A stretch of 64,000 nucleotides of DNA from Azolla caroliniana (Eukaryota > Plantae > Polypodiophyta), in the NCBI GenBank assembly GCA_043228905.1, contig JBHGNT010000018.1:10726001-10790000 (forward strand). The letters are read 5' to 3'. The notes beneath the pieces were generated by a model. That model saw only the letters and a list, made by a program, of their open reading frames with translations, was not told the DNA's origin and made no database searches. This document shows, in pieces, positions 35,701-48,548 of this stretch (position 1 is its first letter; each line of letters starts with the position of its first letter). Made by a program: the position numbers and the translations under genes.

Positions 35701-37333
35701 GTGTAGGATGAGAAGTATTTACGGTCCGGGGTAATGTGGAACGACGCTCCGGAATCAACAACCCATGTTGTCTCGTCGCCGGCAAGGTTCAACTCACTCT
35801 CCTCAGTGATGAGCATCTACTCTTCTTCACTTGCCACGATTGCCGTCGTTCCCTTCCGGTCCGCCCCCCTCCGGTCTTTACCGTTCCGGTCCAATGTCCG
35901 CTTCAAATCGGTACCGTCGGTTTCCTTGTCTTTTCGAAAGTGCCGACAGTTCTTCTGGAAGTGTCCCGGCTTGCCGCAATAGAAGAAGGTAGGCCTCCCC
36001 CTTGACTTTGACCGTGTCCCCGACTTTTCCCAGTTTTGGGGACTACGGTTCCTTTGTCTTCCGTGTTCCGACTCGGTAAGGAGTGCTTTGGAGTCGGAGC
36101 TGGTATCCTTGTCTTTCCAACGCGCCTCCTCATCTAGCAAAGTCGACTTCACTCTTGCTAGGGATAACCGTTTCCCTTCCGGCCCGGCGTTGCCCAAAGT
36201 GACAACCAACGTCTCCCAGGTATCTGGGAGGGAACCGAGCAGGAGTAGTGCTAGTACCTCATCGGCGAGAGGTACTTCCAATGATGTTGCCTGGTGGATC
36301 AGCCCCTGGAAGGCATTCATGTGCTCCGCCATGCTGGAGCCATCTTGGTACCAGAGTCTTACTAGCTTCCGAAATACCGACACCTGATTAACACCATTTT
36401 TGTTCTGAAACATAATGTCAATCTTCTCCCAGAGCTCATGAGCCTTGCTCTTTTCATTGAAGTTGTTGTATAGCCTCATGTCGATGAAGCACCGTATGTA
36501 CGCCGTTGTCTTCATGTGCAGCACCTCCCATATCGTGGCATCGATTTTGTCCGGTCTCTTGTCCCCGAACTGAACCGGCAGCCAAAAATCTTTAACCACG
36601 AGCATGTCCCTCATCTTCGACTTCCACACTGAGTAATTGGAACCGATGAGCTTGAACATGCCTCCCAACGAATCATCCATTTTCCTGTGTCGTTTCTATC
36701 TGATACCAGTTTGACGTGGAGTATGCAGAATAATCTCCGGTCACAACCGAAACGTAGATCATTTGATAACAATCGAACACAGAAGGAATGGGAATGGAGG
36801 TAAGTACTCGAACAAAAAAAGAGAATACACAGGATGTTAACGTGGAAAACCCTGAGAGGGGAAAACCACGGGAGTCCACAGACTCCAAACTATCACTATG
36901 CCAACAATTACAACAGGGAGCACAGAGGCAACGACCTCCTGCTCACGATCTTCGCCTGGCGGCGGTCGTTATACCAAAATTACACACACATTGAGTTTGC
37001 CCTAGGTCATATTTATACTAATATGACTTTCGGCTATTTACAAAATATAGCCCCAGTGGGCTCTCTGGAAGATATTTACATATATGTCCCTTCATCCGGT
37101 GAGAGGTTCGAACCGGGCCTGCATCATCCAGTTCTCACCAGGTCTTCCTTGTCGGGTACTCCACATCCGGTTCTCACCGGGTCTTCCGTTGCCGGGTACT
37201 CCACATCCAATTCTCACCAGGTCTTTCGTTGTCGGGTACTCTACATCCAGTTACTCCACGTCCTTGCCTCAGCCGAGTTGCTCATCAACACTATTCTTCT
37301 CACTTCCCATTCGGAGGGACCTGTTTCCTAATA
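32761..37333 (-). mobile_element. Element D4: copia of the D family, degenerate gag-pol, 3' LTR lost
   Basis: ORF pieces 35817-36680, 35373-35816, 34515-34958, 33702-34229, 33001-33777, 32791-32988; PBS 36699-36708; 5' LTR 36712-37333 with ~40-bp repeats. Confidence 0.88.
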
Positions 37334-37403
37334 GTACTATACGCTATTAATACGTTATATACGTATGGTATCTGTACCATACCTAACGTACCTAACAACC
37401 TTG
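37334..37403. mobile_element. Possible right end of a hAT-like element
   Basis: TACG-rich subterminal repeats; ends AACAACCTTG, resembling the TACAACCATG end at 45711-45720; partner end not seen. Confidence 0.35.
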
Positions 37404-37419
37404 CTTCAGACTCTCTTCG

Positions 37420-37573
37420 ACCGGCGGTATTCTCCTCCATTGTTTGCCCAAATCGCCTTCAGCTTCTAGCCGGTTTCCCTTTCCACTCTCGCCTGAAAGT
37501 CCTTGAATACCTGGTCCCTCGTCTTCAACGGTGAGACCCACAACTTCCGGTTGTGGTCATCTATGAACGTCAC
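37420..37573 (-). pseudogene. Small copia integrase fragment
   Basis: VTFIDDHNRKLWVSPLKTRDQV..ARVERETG. Confidence 0.7.
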
Positions 37574-38108
37574 ACCTAACCTCATCGGCTGCATCTGATC
37601 CACAACTTGAGTGTCTTCATCATTGTATAACTTGGAACACCTAGCTTTCCAAAGAACCCATAGAGACAACGAGTAGACAATCTGCCAAATATAACTCCGC
37701 GAGAAGAACTTGATTCCCTACAAGGAGCTTGAAGTAGAATATACCTGAAAACTTCTTAAATGTAAAGACAAGGAAGAATGATTATAATGATTAAAGGCCC
37801 TTTGTTGATCCAACATTCCCTAGAAGACTGCTTCCGATGTGAAAATAGCCGACCTATACTTACGACCTAGAAGCCTAAGAATTCGACACCAAAAACTTTT
37901 TGCGGAAACACATTCCCCAAATACATGATGCAATGTCTCAGCTGCAAACCCACACATAATACATGACCGATTACTCACCAATCCCCTCAACAAATGACCT
38001 ACTGGCAATGCCTAATGAATCATCAACCACCAAAAATGCAATATCTTATTCATCCATTTAATTGACCAAAACTGTTTCCAAAACATCACCATCTGAGACG
38101 ATGAAACA
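37574..38108 (-). mobile_element. LINE (L1-type) ORF2 C-terminal remnant with zf-RVT
   Basis: CIMCGFAAETLHHVFGEC..FW and LWVLWKAR motifs. Confidence 0.7.
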
Positions 38109-41100
38109 TGTTGAGCAACAAGCTCAACATTGGGTGCGTAATACGGCGCGTAACCTAGTGTGTAGACTGGACGCGCAAGTTAGTACGCATAACTTGGCTG
38201 TATCGGTGCGTAAATTGAAAGGTTGTTAGAGAGATATTCCTCGTAAGGAATAATTTTTGGAGTGAGTGTTGTGGCTCATTCATGAGCGGTCAAGTATTGT
38301 CAGTACTTGTGTCAGCCCAATTGTCAGGGCTTGTATAAAAGGTGCTCACTGTGCATGATGTATATACAGAGGGTCATTATTTTGAAATCGAATTAAGTTG
38401 TCTACTCTCTCTCTGTCTCTCCATCTCCATCTCCATCTCCATCTCCATCTCTATGTTTCTTGAGTTTACCGAACTGTCTTATTTTCGAACTGTGTACTCT
38501 GTGTTTACGCACACTCTTCCTCACACATATTCTTTACATGGTATCAGAGCGCAAGGGTTGAAGTCCTCTACAACCGACAAAATAGAGTTGAAGTTGTTCT
38601 TCATTTTGTTTTTTCAAAAAAGAAAAAGAAAACAATATGGATAGAGGTATGGGAAGCTCGCTACTGACTGAAAAGCTCGACAAGAGCAACTACGCATCTT
38701 TGTCGTACAAGATGCACCGGCACCTACTCGGTCACGGCTACTGGAGTTATGTTGAAGGAGCTAATGATGTACCACCCGATTTGACACACACAGATTTCTC
38801 GGCTTGGGAACAAGAGGCAAGCAGAGTTCTCTACTGCTTTGCATCCTATGTGAGCAACTAGCTATTGAGCTACTTTTAGGATGCTAAGATGCCAAAGGAC
38901 GCGTGGGTGAATTTCAAAAAGATTTTTGCCGCAAGCACAACGACCAGGAAGCTACAGCTCAGGTAGGAGCTCAATAATGTCCGGCAGGGCGTAAGATCAA
39001 ATGGCTATGGTCCGATGACGGGAAGGAGTACTTCTCCGACCAATTCATAAGTTATCTACCGAAGGAGGGAATTCGACGTGAATTCTCGTGTAGATACACG
39101 CCGTAGCAAAATGGCGTGGTCGAGTGGAAGAATCGGACAATCGAAGAAGCGGCCAGGGCAATGCTTGAAGAGAAGCATATGTCGAAATTCTATTGGGCTG
39201 AAGTCATGAAGACGGCTATCTACCTCCAGAATCGGACTTTTGCTAATGGAGGAGTGTTGCCACATGAGCTGTATTTCGGGAAGAAGCCGAACTTGGCACA
39301 CTTGAGGATTTGCGGTAGCATTGCATATCTGCATGTGCCGAAGGAAAAGAGGAGGAAGCTGGATGCCAAAACCGAAAAGTGCATCTTCGTCGGCTATCCA
39401 GACGAGTAGAAGGGGTATAAATGTTATAACCCCCGAGCAAAGGAGGTACACATAAGTCGAGATGTTGTGTTTGACGAATCCGCTTCGTGGTACTTGACTT
39501 CACCCCCAACTCCTTATAACTCCATTCCGAATCTGAGGACGAAGTCAGCGAGGCCGAAATGCCTCCACATGATGAAGAAATCGGAGCTCTGAGAGAGAAT
39601 CCGATCTCATTTCAGCTAAGTGGGCCGAATGAGGGGTTGGGCCGAAATGGCCAACCTATTGAAGAGACGGCGAGTAGTGGAGACTCAGTCATGATGTCCC
39701 CGTGTAAAGAACTAAGGAGACGGTTTACGAGCAAGGAGAAGGGCAAGAAGAAAATGCCAGAGTACGATTTCGGCAGCGCCGAGTTAGTTCGAAGCGAATT
39801 TGACATTGAGCCGACCGTAAAGGAACCTCCGCGGAAGAGGTCAAAATCGGCCGAAAAGGTCGTGAAATCGGGTAACCACGAATTACGCCGATCTACCCGC
39901 CTGAAGAACCCCGTGAAGAGATACGGGTACAATGAATACATGGCGCACCATTATGTGTACATGACGTGAGTGGTGGAAGTGCGTGAGTCGGAGAGCTATG
40001 CAGAAGTGGCGAAAGACGCGAACTGGCATGCCGCAATGGAGGAAGAGATGCGCGCTTTGACGCAGAATGAGACGTGGGACCTGGTTGATGCCCCAAAGGG
40101 TGTGAAGCCGATTGGATGTAGGTGGGTGTACAAGGTAAAGTACAACACTGACGGCTCGTTCAACCGATACAAGGCCCGATTAGTTGCAAAAGCATGGCAT
40201 GGATTATGATGAGACCTTCGCGTCGGTCGCGAAGATGACTACCGTGCGGGTTCTGCTAGTCATAGTTGCGACAAAGGGGTGGCACTTACATCAAATAGAT
40301 GTAAAGAACGTGTTCTTGGAAGGTGATATTAAGGAACAAGTGTACATGGTATAGCCCCCCAGATTTCTATTCGAACAAAACACCTCGGCAGTTTGCCGAC
40401 TGAAGAAGTCACTGTACGGACTCAAGCAAGCCCCGCGAGCTTGGAATGCAAAGATTGCACAACGGTTCCGGAAGTTGGGGTTTTCGACATCGAAGTTTGA
40501 CTCTTCATTATTTGTTCGGCAAGGTCAACACGGCCCGATAAGCCTTTTGTTATATGTTGATGATTTAATCATCGCCGGTGCCGACCTAAATGAAATCCTC
40601 CGTGTAAAGTCTCAACTTGCGGCATCATTTGACATGAAGGATCTTGGAGACCTTCATTACTTCCTCGGGATCAAAGTGACCTTGTACCCCCGAAGGCATA
40701 TTGATCAGCCAGCGTCATTACACGCTGAATATGCTCTTCAAGTTCGGAATGGCAACTTGTAAGCCTATCTTGACCCCTTTGGACAGAAACGTAAAGCTTC
40801 GCCGAGATTCGGGAAAGGCGTGCGACCCAACACGGTTTCGACAAATTGTCGGAAGCCTCATCTATTTGACGATTACTCGACCAGATCTCAATTACCCAGT
40901 CGGCTTAATGAGTCAATTTATGTCGTAGCCTACGGCCGAACACTTTCAGTGCGCGCAAAGGATATTGTGATATGTCAGCGGCACGAAAGACATGGCGTTG
41001 TTGTATCAGGTAGGCGTAGCCGAACAATTGGTTGGCTACACGGATGCTGATTGGGCCGGAAACACCAGTGATCCTAGATCCACATCCGGATACGCCTTCT

Positions 41101-42212
41101 CATTAGGAAGTGCAACGATCGCGAGGAGCAGCAAAAAGCAGCCGATAGTGGCACTGTCGAGCACGGAGGCCGAATATCGAGGGGCGACTGTCGCTACGTG
41201 CGAAGTCATTTGGCTGAAACGGCTATTACGGGATCTGCATGTAGAGGTGTTTGATCCGACAACGAGCAATTGCGACAACCTCAACAGTATTCACCTTACG
41301 AAAAACCCCGTGTTCCACGCCCAGACCAAGCACATTGAGGTGCATTACCATTTTGTCTGCGAGCGGGTCCTTTCAGGTGAAGTCGAACTAGCGTATGTTC
41401 TGACGGATCGGCAGGTTGCCGACATCTTCACCAAGCCTCTTTTGCCTTGACAAGTTATGGCATTTCTCAGGTGAGCTAGGGTTGCGTCACCTTGACACAC
41501 CGAACTTGAGGGGGAGAAAGAAAGAACAGGGACAAGAAAGGAGTGGAGGTGTTCATTGCGGCGGAAGTGACCGTGACATGGAATCAGATGAAGAATTCGA
41601 TTTCAGGCCGGCTGAAGAAGCCAAAGAAAAGAGCAAGGGCCATAACCGTAGGGAAGAGCCGAGGATAGCTGAATCATGGGGAGATACAGGCAAGAAGGGT
41701 ATAGAGGCCAAGACCAAGACATGGTTTGATGTAGTCAAAGGCCTAAAGACTGAAGACGAATTGGAGACAGCCAATTTCGATGAGAGCGGAATTGAATCGA
41801 AAGTGTTCGACTCAATCAGAATGTTTGATTTAGATACACTGAATCAATTGAAGGCCATGCGCAGGAAAGGGCAGCAAAGGACGCGCTGACACCACGACAA
41901 CAAGGGAGCTGAGAAGGGCCGAACAAGCAGACAACCCGACCGAAAGGGTCGAAGCACGTGGAATCAAATGGGTCTAGGAGCGTGAGCGAGGTGTGAAGCC
42001 AGAAGGAACCGGAGCGTAGCTCCAAAAGAGTGGACGGAACCTCAAGTTGAGTTTGAGGGGGAGTGTTGAGTAACAAGCTCAACATTGGGTGCATAATACG
42101 ACGCGTAACCTAGTGCGTAGACTGGACTCACAAGTTGGTACGCATAACTTGGCCGTATCGGTGCGTAAACCGAAAGGCCGTTAGAGAGATATTCCTCGTA
42201 AGGAATAATTTT
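38109..42212 (+). mobile_element. Element H: second copia lineage, internally deleted and degenerate
   Basis: 5' LTR 38109-38538; PBS TGGTATCAGAGC 38539-38550; gag KLDKSNYAS; YVDDL; YTDADWAG, LSSTEAEYR, ADIFTK; PPT 42053-42063; truncated 3' LTR 42064-~42212. Confidence 0.85.
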
Positions 42213-43155
42213 CCACTTGACTAATCCCCACCTCATTTTCCACTTCCTGCAAAGAGTGATAAGGGTTAACTTCAAGTAATAAAACTGGATTAACCAACTT
42301 ACTAGTCGGTTTAAAAACATGTTTAAAGGGTCTTTGCATTTTTCGAGGTTGGGGCCTCAATGATGGCGTTGATCTTTCCCACATCTACCGCAACGCCTTC
42401 TCAACTGAACACGCTGGTTACGCCGAACGCGCACTTGGTTGGATTAAGGGTAAGTCATGTTCAGTGACATTGCTCTAAACACAACCGAAGGTGTCATAAT
42501 CCTTAGCTTGTGCGTTGTAAACCAAAATCATCGAGGAAAACCTACATGAAAGATGGAATATACTCGCCAAAAATCTTAGCAATGATGCGCTGAAAGGTCA
42601 CAATTGTGGTTTGAAGCCCAAACATCATCACCAGAGCTACGAACATGCCCCAATCCATAACAAAAGAGGTTTTTTCTTGATCATCAAAATGCATGCATAT
42701 ATGATTATAGCCGCTAAATCCGTCCAAAAAGCTATACATCTCGTGCCTGCTACAACATCGAGTACACCATCCATGAACGGAAGGGGAAAGGCATCTGTGA
42801 TCGTGACTGCGTTGAGCTTAAACCGATTTCTTCTTTTACACGTGTCACGTAGTTCAAGTTCATGTGGTAGCACCTTTGCTAGACGGGTTTTGCGTCCTTC
42901 GCTAGATTAATTTGATGATGGTAGAATTTGGGATCTAGCCCCTTCATATCCTTGTGCGACCATGCGAACACATCTTTATATTCATGCAGGAGGTCAATCA
43001 TGGCTGCCTTCTCCAGAGGTAGATCATTCGCTATGGACAAGGGTCGCGACGCATCGGTAGTATCGACATTGATTTCTTCTAAGATCGATGCCATGACGCG
43101 TCGAGAGATTTCCATTTCTCGATCGAACGTGTCCCACGCCCTACAAAGTTCCATG

Positions 43156-45720
43156 CATTGTTGTTAAAAAATGTGTACTTTATAGATAAAGTACATTTTA
43201 GAATACCCACATGTATTCTAAACATATTCAACCTTTTGGAACTGTCATTTTTTCTAAGCCTAAATTTGTAAATAATTTAAACATTAATTTTCTAGGGTTT
43301 TTTTAGTAGAGAAAAAGAAAATAATTATGTAAATATTGAAACACCATTTATCCATGGGCAATAAAGATAATTGGTATTTACTATATAGTATTCAAATTCC
43401 AAGTATCTTTACATTCAACATCAATGGTGTTCAAGTATTCGATGTATTCGATGTATCCATGGCCGACATGCTTTCGAGGGCGTGATTCGACGACGAGGGT
43501 GGCATGGTTTCGGAGGACGAGGAAGTCGGCGTGGACTTCTTCGAGGCGGCCTACGTAACAACCGAGGGGGGGAGCACTCCGGCGCTTAACGATTTCAAAG
43601 AGAGCAAGTATGATGGGGAGTGGCTGCAGATTGGGGGATTCCTAAGGACGATGACGCTGGACACATCATGGACAAAGGACGAGGCCAACCGGATCCGGAA
43701 GAAAGCGTACCGATTCTTTCTCCGGGACGGATACTTGTGGAAGCACCCGAAGAAGAGGAACGGCATCCCGCTCCGAGTAGTGGCGATGAAGGAGGAATAG
43801 GAGGAGTTGCTGAAGGCCTACCACGACAGCCCCTGGGGTGGACACCGTGGGACGTGGGCCACGTTCGAGAAACTAAAGGGGAAGTACTAGTGGCCGGGAC
43901 TGTACCGGGACGTGCATCGGTTCGTGACAACTTGTGAGAGCTGTCAGATACACTCCATAGTCTGACATCGGGACGAGCTTCACCCTACATACCCTCCAGC
44001 CATCCACTTCAAATGGATGGTAGATTTGGTGACGATGCCGATGGGCGTAGGGAAGATGCGATATCTGGTGCTGGCCCGGGAGGACCTAACGAACCAGGTG
44101 GAAGGCTGAGCCCTGCAGAACAAAACGACCGCGGCCGTGTGTCAGTTCCTGATCGAGGACGTGATATGCCGGTACGGGTGCGTCGGGAAGATCGTGGCTG
44201 ACCACGGGGAGTTGGACGCCGAAGAGGCCGAGGAGTTGTTCGACCGGTTAGGGGTCAAGCTCTCGCTCACCACAGCGTACAATCCGGAGGCGAAGGGGAG
44301 GGTGAAGGGCGGACACGGACCGATCGTCAAAGCGCTAGTCCGGGCGTGCGGAGGCCAGGTCGGGAACTGGCCACGACTGTTACCTTATGCCTTGTGGGCT
44401 GACCGGACAACGCACAGTTCGGTAACCGGGTTCATGCCGTCAAAGCTCATGTTCGGATAGAAGCCGATCATGCCGATGGAACAGACGATCTCCTCTTGGG
44501 CGACAGTGGATTAGAGAGACAAGATGAGCCGGGAAGAACTGCTAGCGGCGCGTATACGGCAGCTCGAGCGGAGGCCAGAGGACGTGGAAAGAGCGGCGGA
44601 GAGACCTCGGATGGCGAGGATGAGGAACAAAGGCCAGTTCGACCGGACGCACCGGTTCAGACCAAAGAAAATCGAGGAAGGCGACTGGGTGCTAGTCTAC
44701 TACAGCAGCCTCGACAACCAGCACCCGGCAACACGGAAGTTTGCAAAGCGGTGGTTCGGGCCTTACGTGGTAACGAGCGCCAACGACAATGGGACGTATC
44801 ACCTGGCGGAAATCGACGGTACGAGGATGGCGATACCGGTAGCAAGGAAGCGGATCAAAGCGTTCAAGAAGCGCCACGACGGCGAACCGGATCTAAGAGG
44901 CCTGGACAGCGACGACGAACAGTCCGAAACGGAGGACGAACCGATGGACGAGGAACCGGAACCCGGACCGGTTTTCTCCAACCAGAACCAAATTTTGGTG
45001 CATACCGGTGGATGCGCGGTTCGGTGGGGGCGGATGTCGTGAAGAAAACCGTCCCTTAACGCAATCGGTGCATAGCGCGCGTGAACCGGCTCTTCACGCG
45101 TGCGCGCCCTTTAATGTATATAATAGAGAATTAGGTACAAGGGTATATCCTAGGTAGTTAGATTCGGTAGGTAGGAAGTTAATGAGGGAAACGACTCCCT
45201 TCTTGAAGCTATAAAAGAGAGGGAGATGCGGGGAGAAAAGAATTTTTTTATTGAGGAGGACGAAGTGCTGTCGGACCGAAACCGAACGCTTCTCCTCTGT
45301 TCGTTCTCCATCGCTCTTCTCTACAGGTTTTCGGGAGGCTCGCGCTGCTTCGAGGAACGCCCGTGTGCTTCCGGCAGCACCTCCATCCTATCCCCTTTCG
45401 TGCGCAGACGAGTAGGCATCGACATCTGTTCGCCGGCCTGTTCGGTTGTAACCGCTCGCGTGCTCTGTGTTTATTTGTGATCCATTAATATACAATCATT
45501 CGTGTCTCTCTGTCTCTGTGTCCATTCGTGTCTTCTGCGTTGTCTGGGCCGTGTCCCTGTGTTTCTTTGCTCATACGTAATCGAGCGTCTCTCTCTTTCT
45601 GTTTCCCCTTCTATTATCATCTGCTCTTTGGTTCAAGACCCCGCTGGTCCCACCTCGTTTCTCCACGCACGCACGTAACAACGCGACATCATACGGTATG
45701 CTACGTATGTTACAACCATG
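43156..45720. mobile_element. hAT-like non-autonomous element enclosing the 3' half of Phygy-like element I
   Basis: 8-bp TSD GTTCCATG (43148-43155, 45721-45728) exactly where J is split; imperfect TIR CATTGTTGTTA/CATGGTTGTAA. Confidence 0.62.
43456..45688 (+). mobile_element. Element I: 5'-truncated Phygy-like (RH end-IN, PPT, 3' LTR 45035-45688)
   Basis: Close homolog of E 24816-26240; LTR TGTCGTGAAG..CGCGACA. Confidence 0.85.
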
Positions 45721-46494
45721 GTTCCATGAGTGCCTCTGTATCAGGCTCGCTGCCTTCTACGTCTGGTGCCATAGGTGTGACATATGCACCGGTTGTCTCG
45801 ATGACATCAATCTCGAATAGTGGCACGATTCGAGGATTCTCCTCTAGGTAAGTTCCAAGTTCTTCGTTGTCTATGCCTTCCAACATGTGGATTTCCTTCA
45901 CGTAAAACGGAGTCATAGCGATAGTGGGTGGTGTGTTCTCCTGCATCGGGACCTAAACCTTAGATCGGCCTTGACGAAAATTGATGTTGTGCTACCAGTT
46001 CTGCTTGATGTTCGCAGAACATAGCCATGGGCGTCCTAATAAGACTCGGTCAATGTGACGCATCCGACCATCCATGGCTTTTCATAATCGAGGGACCAAA
46101 TTTAACAACTTGCTCATTGTGAGGGTGACCAGAGAGTCTGCGAGGGCCCACCATATCGGATCGTCACCTGACAACATGTCCTCTACTTGAGATGGTGATG
46201 CCACAGCTGGCACATCCGGACGCATGCAATCAATGTTGACCTCGTTGGCTTTTTTGACCCAAGCTTTTGCAGCTTTCCGTATCTCATCTTGTTCTTCCCA
46301 CTCAACTGCTTTGGACTAGTTGCGGGTGGTCACCTGTTGGACTTTTGTCGTGATGGTACAGTCGATCCCTTTCCCTTATTGTGTCATGGGCACTGAGTCG
46401 TGTAATGGCCTAGATGTTGGCAAATAAAACAATGCACATTAGACTCACCTTTCTCTATAGTTGGTTGGGTCGCGACCTCCAGTGGAATGACTAG

Positions 46495-46637
46495 CTCCGA
46501 CGGAGAAGCTTGACAGAAGCAACCATGCATCTTGGTCATACAAGATGCACTAGTACTTGCTCGGGCATGGCTACTGGAGTTATGTTGATGGAGCTAATGA
46601 CGCCGCACCCAAATCGACACACAGAGATTTCTCGGCC
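46495..46637 (+). pseudogene. Fragment of H-family copia gag N-terminus
   Basis: Similar to 38660-38803. Confidence 0.65.
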
Positions 46638-46719
46638 CCGGGGGCTTCACTGTCAAAACTTGTATGATAGCACGTGAGTTCATCAAATGGGGTTTAAATT
46701 AGGCATTGAGGTACATAAT

Positions 46720-48257
46720 ATATATATATAAGGGTATTAATAAATATTTTAAAATATATTTACATAAGGGTATTATCAATTATATTGGAGAAAAAAATTA
46801 CATAAGCCCATGAAATATTAGATATTTCAATGAGATAGTAAAGAATATATTATGTAAACAATACTAAAAAATTTGGAGTAGCATATATACATACATTCTT
46901 GTATAGATAGATAGATACATGCATGTATACATACATATATATACATGTATGCATGCATATATACCTACATTCAAACATTACATCCATGAATATGTATATA
47001 CATACATTACACCCATTTATACATCCATGTGTGTGTTTGTGTGTATAATAATATATATATGTATGTATGTATGATCAGCCATATATATTGACATACATAT
47101 ATATAGAATAAATACATAAAAATTACATAATACATATATACTACACATTCTTAAAAACATATTTTATATGTGACATATACCACATATATATCATTATACA
47201 CACAATTATATACAAACGAATATATACATACCAAACACAAAAAATATACATAAATAAATTACATCTTATATATATACACATACATATATATATTATTATA
47301 TATATATATATTAATACATAAGGTTACATATTATATGTCCTACAAATCCTCATACATACAAGTTAAAACAAGCTACATATATTACATATATATACACATG
47401 CACACGCACACACACAACACACACATGTAAATAAAATAGATATTACATATCATGTAATCCATACATATTACACAATATACAAATTTACTTACACATACAC
47501 ACATACATTACATAGATATATAATATATTACATATGTACATACATATTCCACATATCACCATATATATAGGTTATACGGGGTCATACAAACTACAATACT
47601 TACATACATACACACACATTAGATATATGTATACTTACACATACATCGGATATATACATGCATATTACGTACATATTACAAACATACATCCCTACACGAG
47701 CCATACACATAGTAACCATGAAAATATACATACATAAATACATTACATATATACACATACATACATTCATACATGTACATACATTTATTTTTTATTTTAT
47801 AAAAGATATCCTGTCATTAGTATAAACAATTTACAAGATTTCAAACCTCTATGTGATCTGCGGGGAAAACAACCGTTTCATACTTATCACCATATACATA
47901 CACATACATATATTAAATATATACATACATATTACAAACACACATCCACGCACATTGAATCACGTGCATTGACATATGCATACACATACATACATTACAT
48001 ATGTACATACATATTCCAGATATCACCATATAAATATGTATACTTACACATACATTGGATTTATGCATACATATTATGTGTATATTCCAAACATACATCC
48101 TTATATGAGCCATACACATACTAAACATGAAAAAAGCTCGAAATTATACATACATAAATACATTACCTATTACATATATACACATAAGTACATTCATACA
48201 TGTACATACATATATTCATTTGTGCATTACTGCATGTATATACGTACATGTGCCTAC
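46720..48257. repeat. AT-rich TACA/TATA low-complexity tract (left part)
   Basis: G-poor on the + strand; continues at 61944 across element G. Confidence 0.85.
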
Positions 48258-48548
48258 TGTTAGGAATAATACTAAAACAGAGAGAGAATTAGTACTAAAG
48301 AAGAGAAGTACTATTAATACTAAGAGGATGGGACTGCGTAAGATTCCCGAGAGAGAGAGAGAAGAGGAGAGAGAGAGAGAGAGAGAGAAGAGGAGAGAGA
48401 GAGAGAGAGAGAGAAGAGGAGAGAGAGATAGCGAGGATGAGAGAGAGAGAGATGATGATGATAACAACTATATATTATGTGAAGGATAAGTACAAAGTGG
48501 CTAAGAGGCTTAAGACTGACGTTGAACCAATTTGGTTCAACATAACGC

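Larger units (their letters stand above)
42340..46445 (-). mobile_element. Element J: degenerate gypsy remnant related to A (42340-43155 and 45721-46445)
   Basis: YSFLDGFSGYN, DVFAWSHKDMKGLDP, YLEENPRIVPLFEIDV; CCHC near 46390-46440. Confidence 0.75.
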
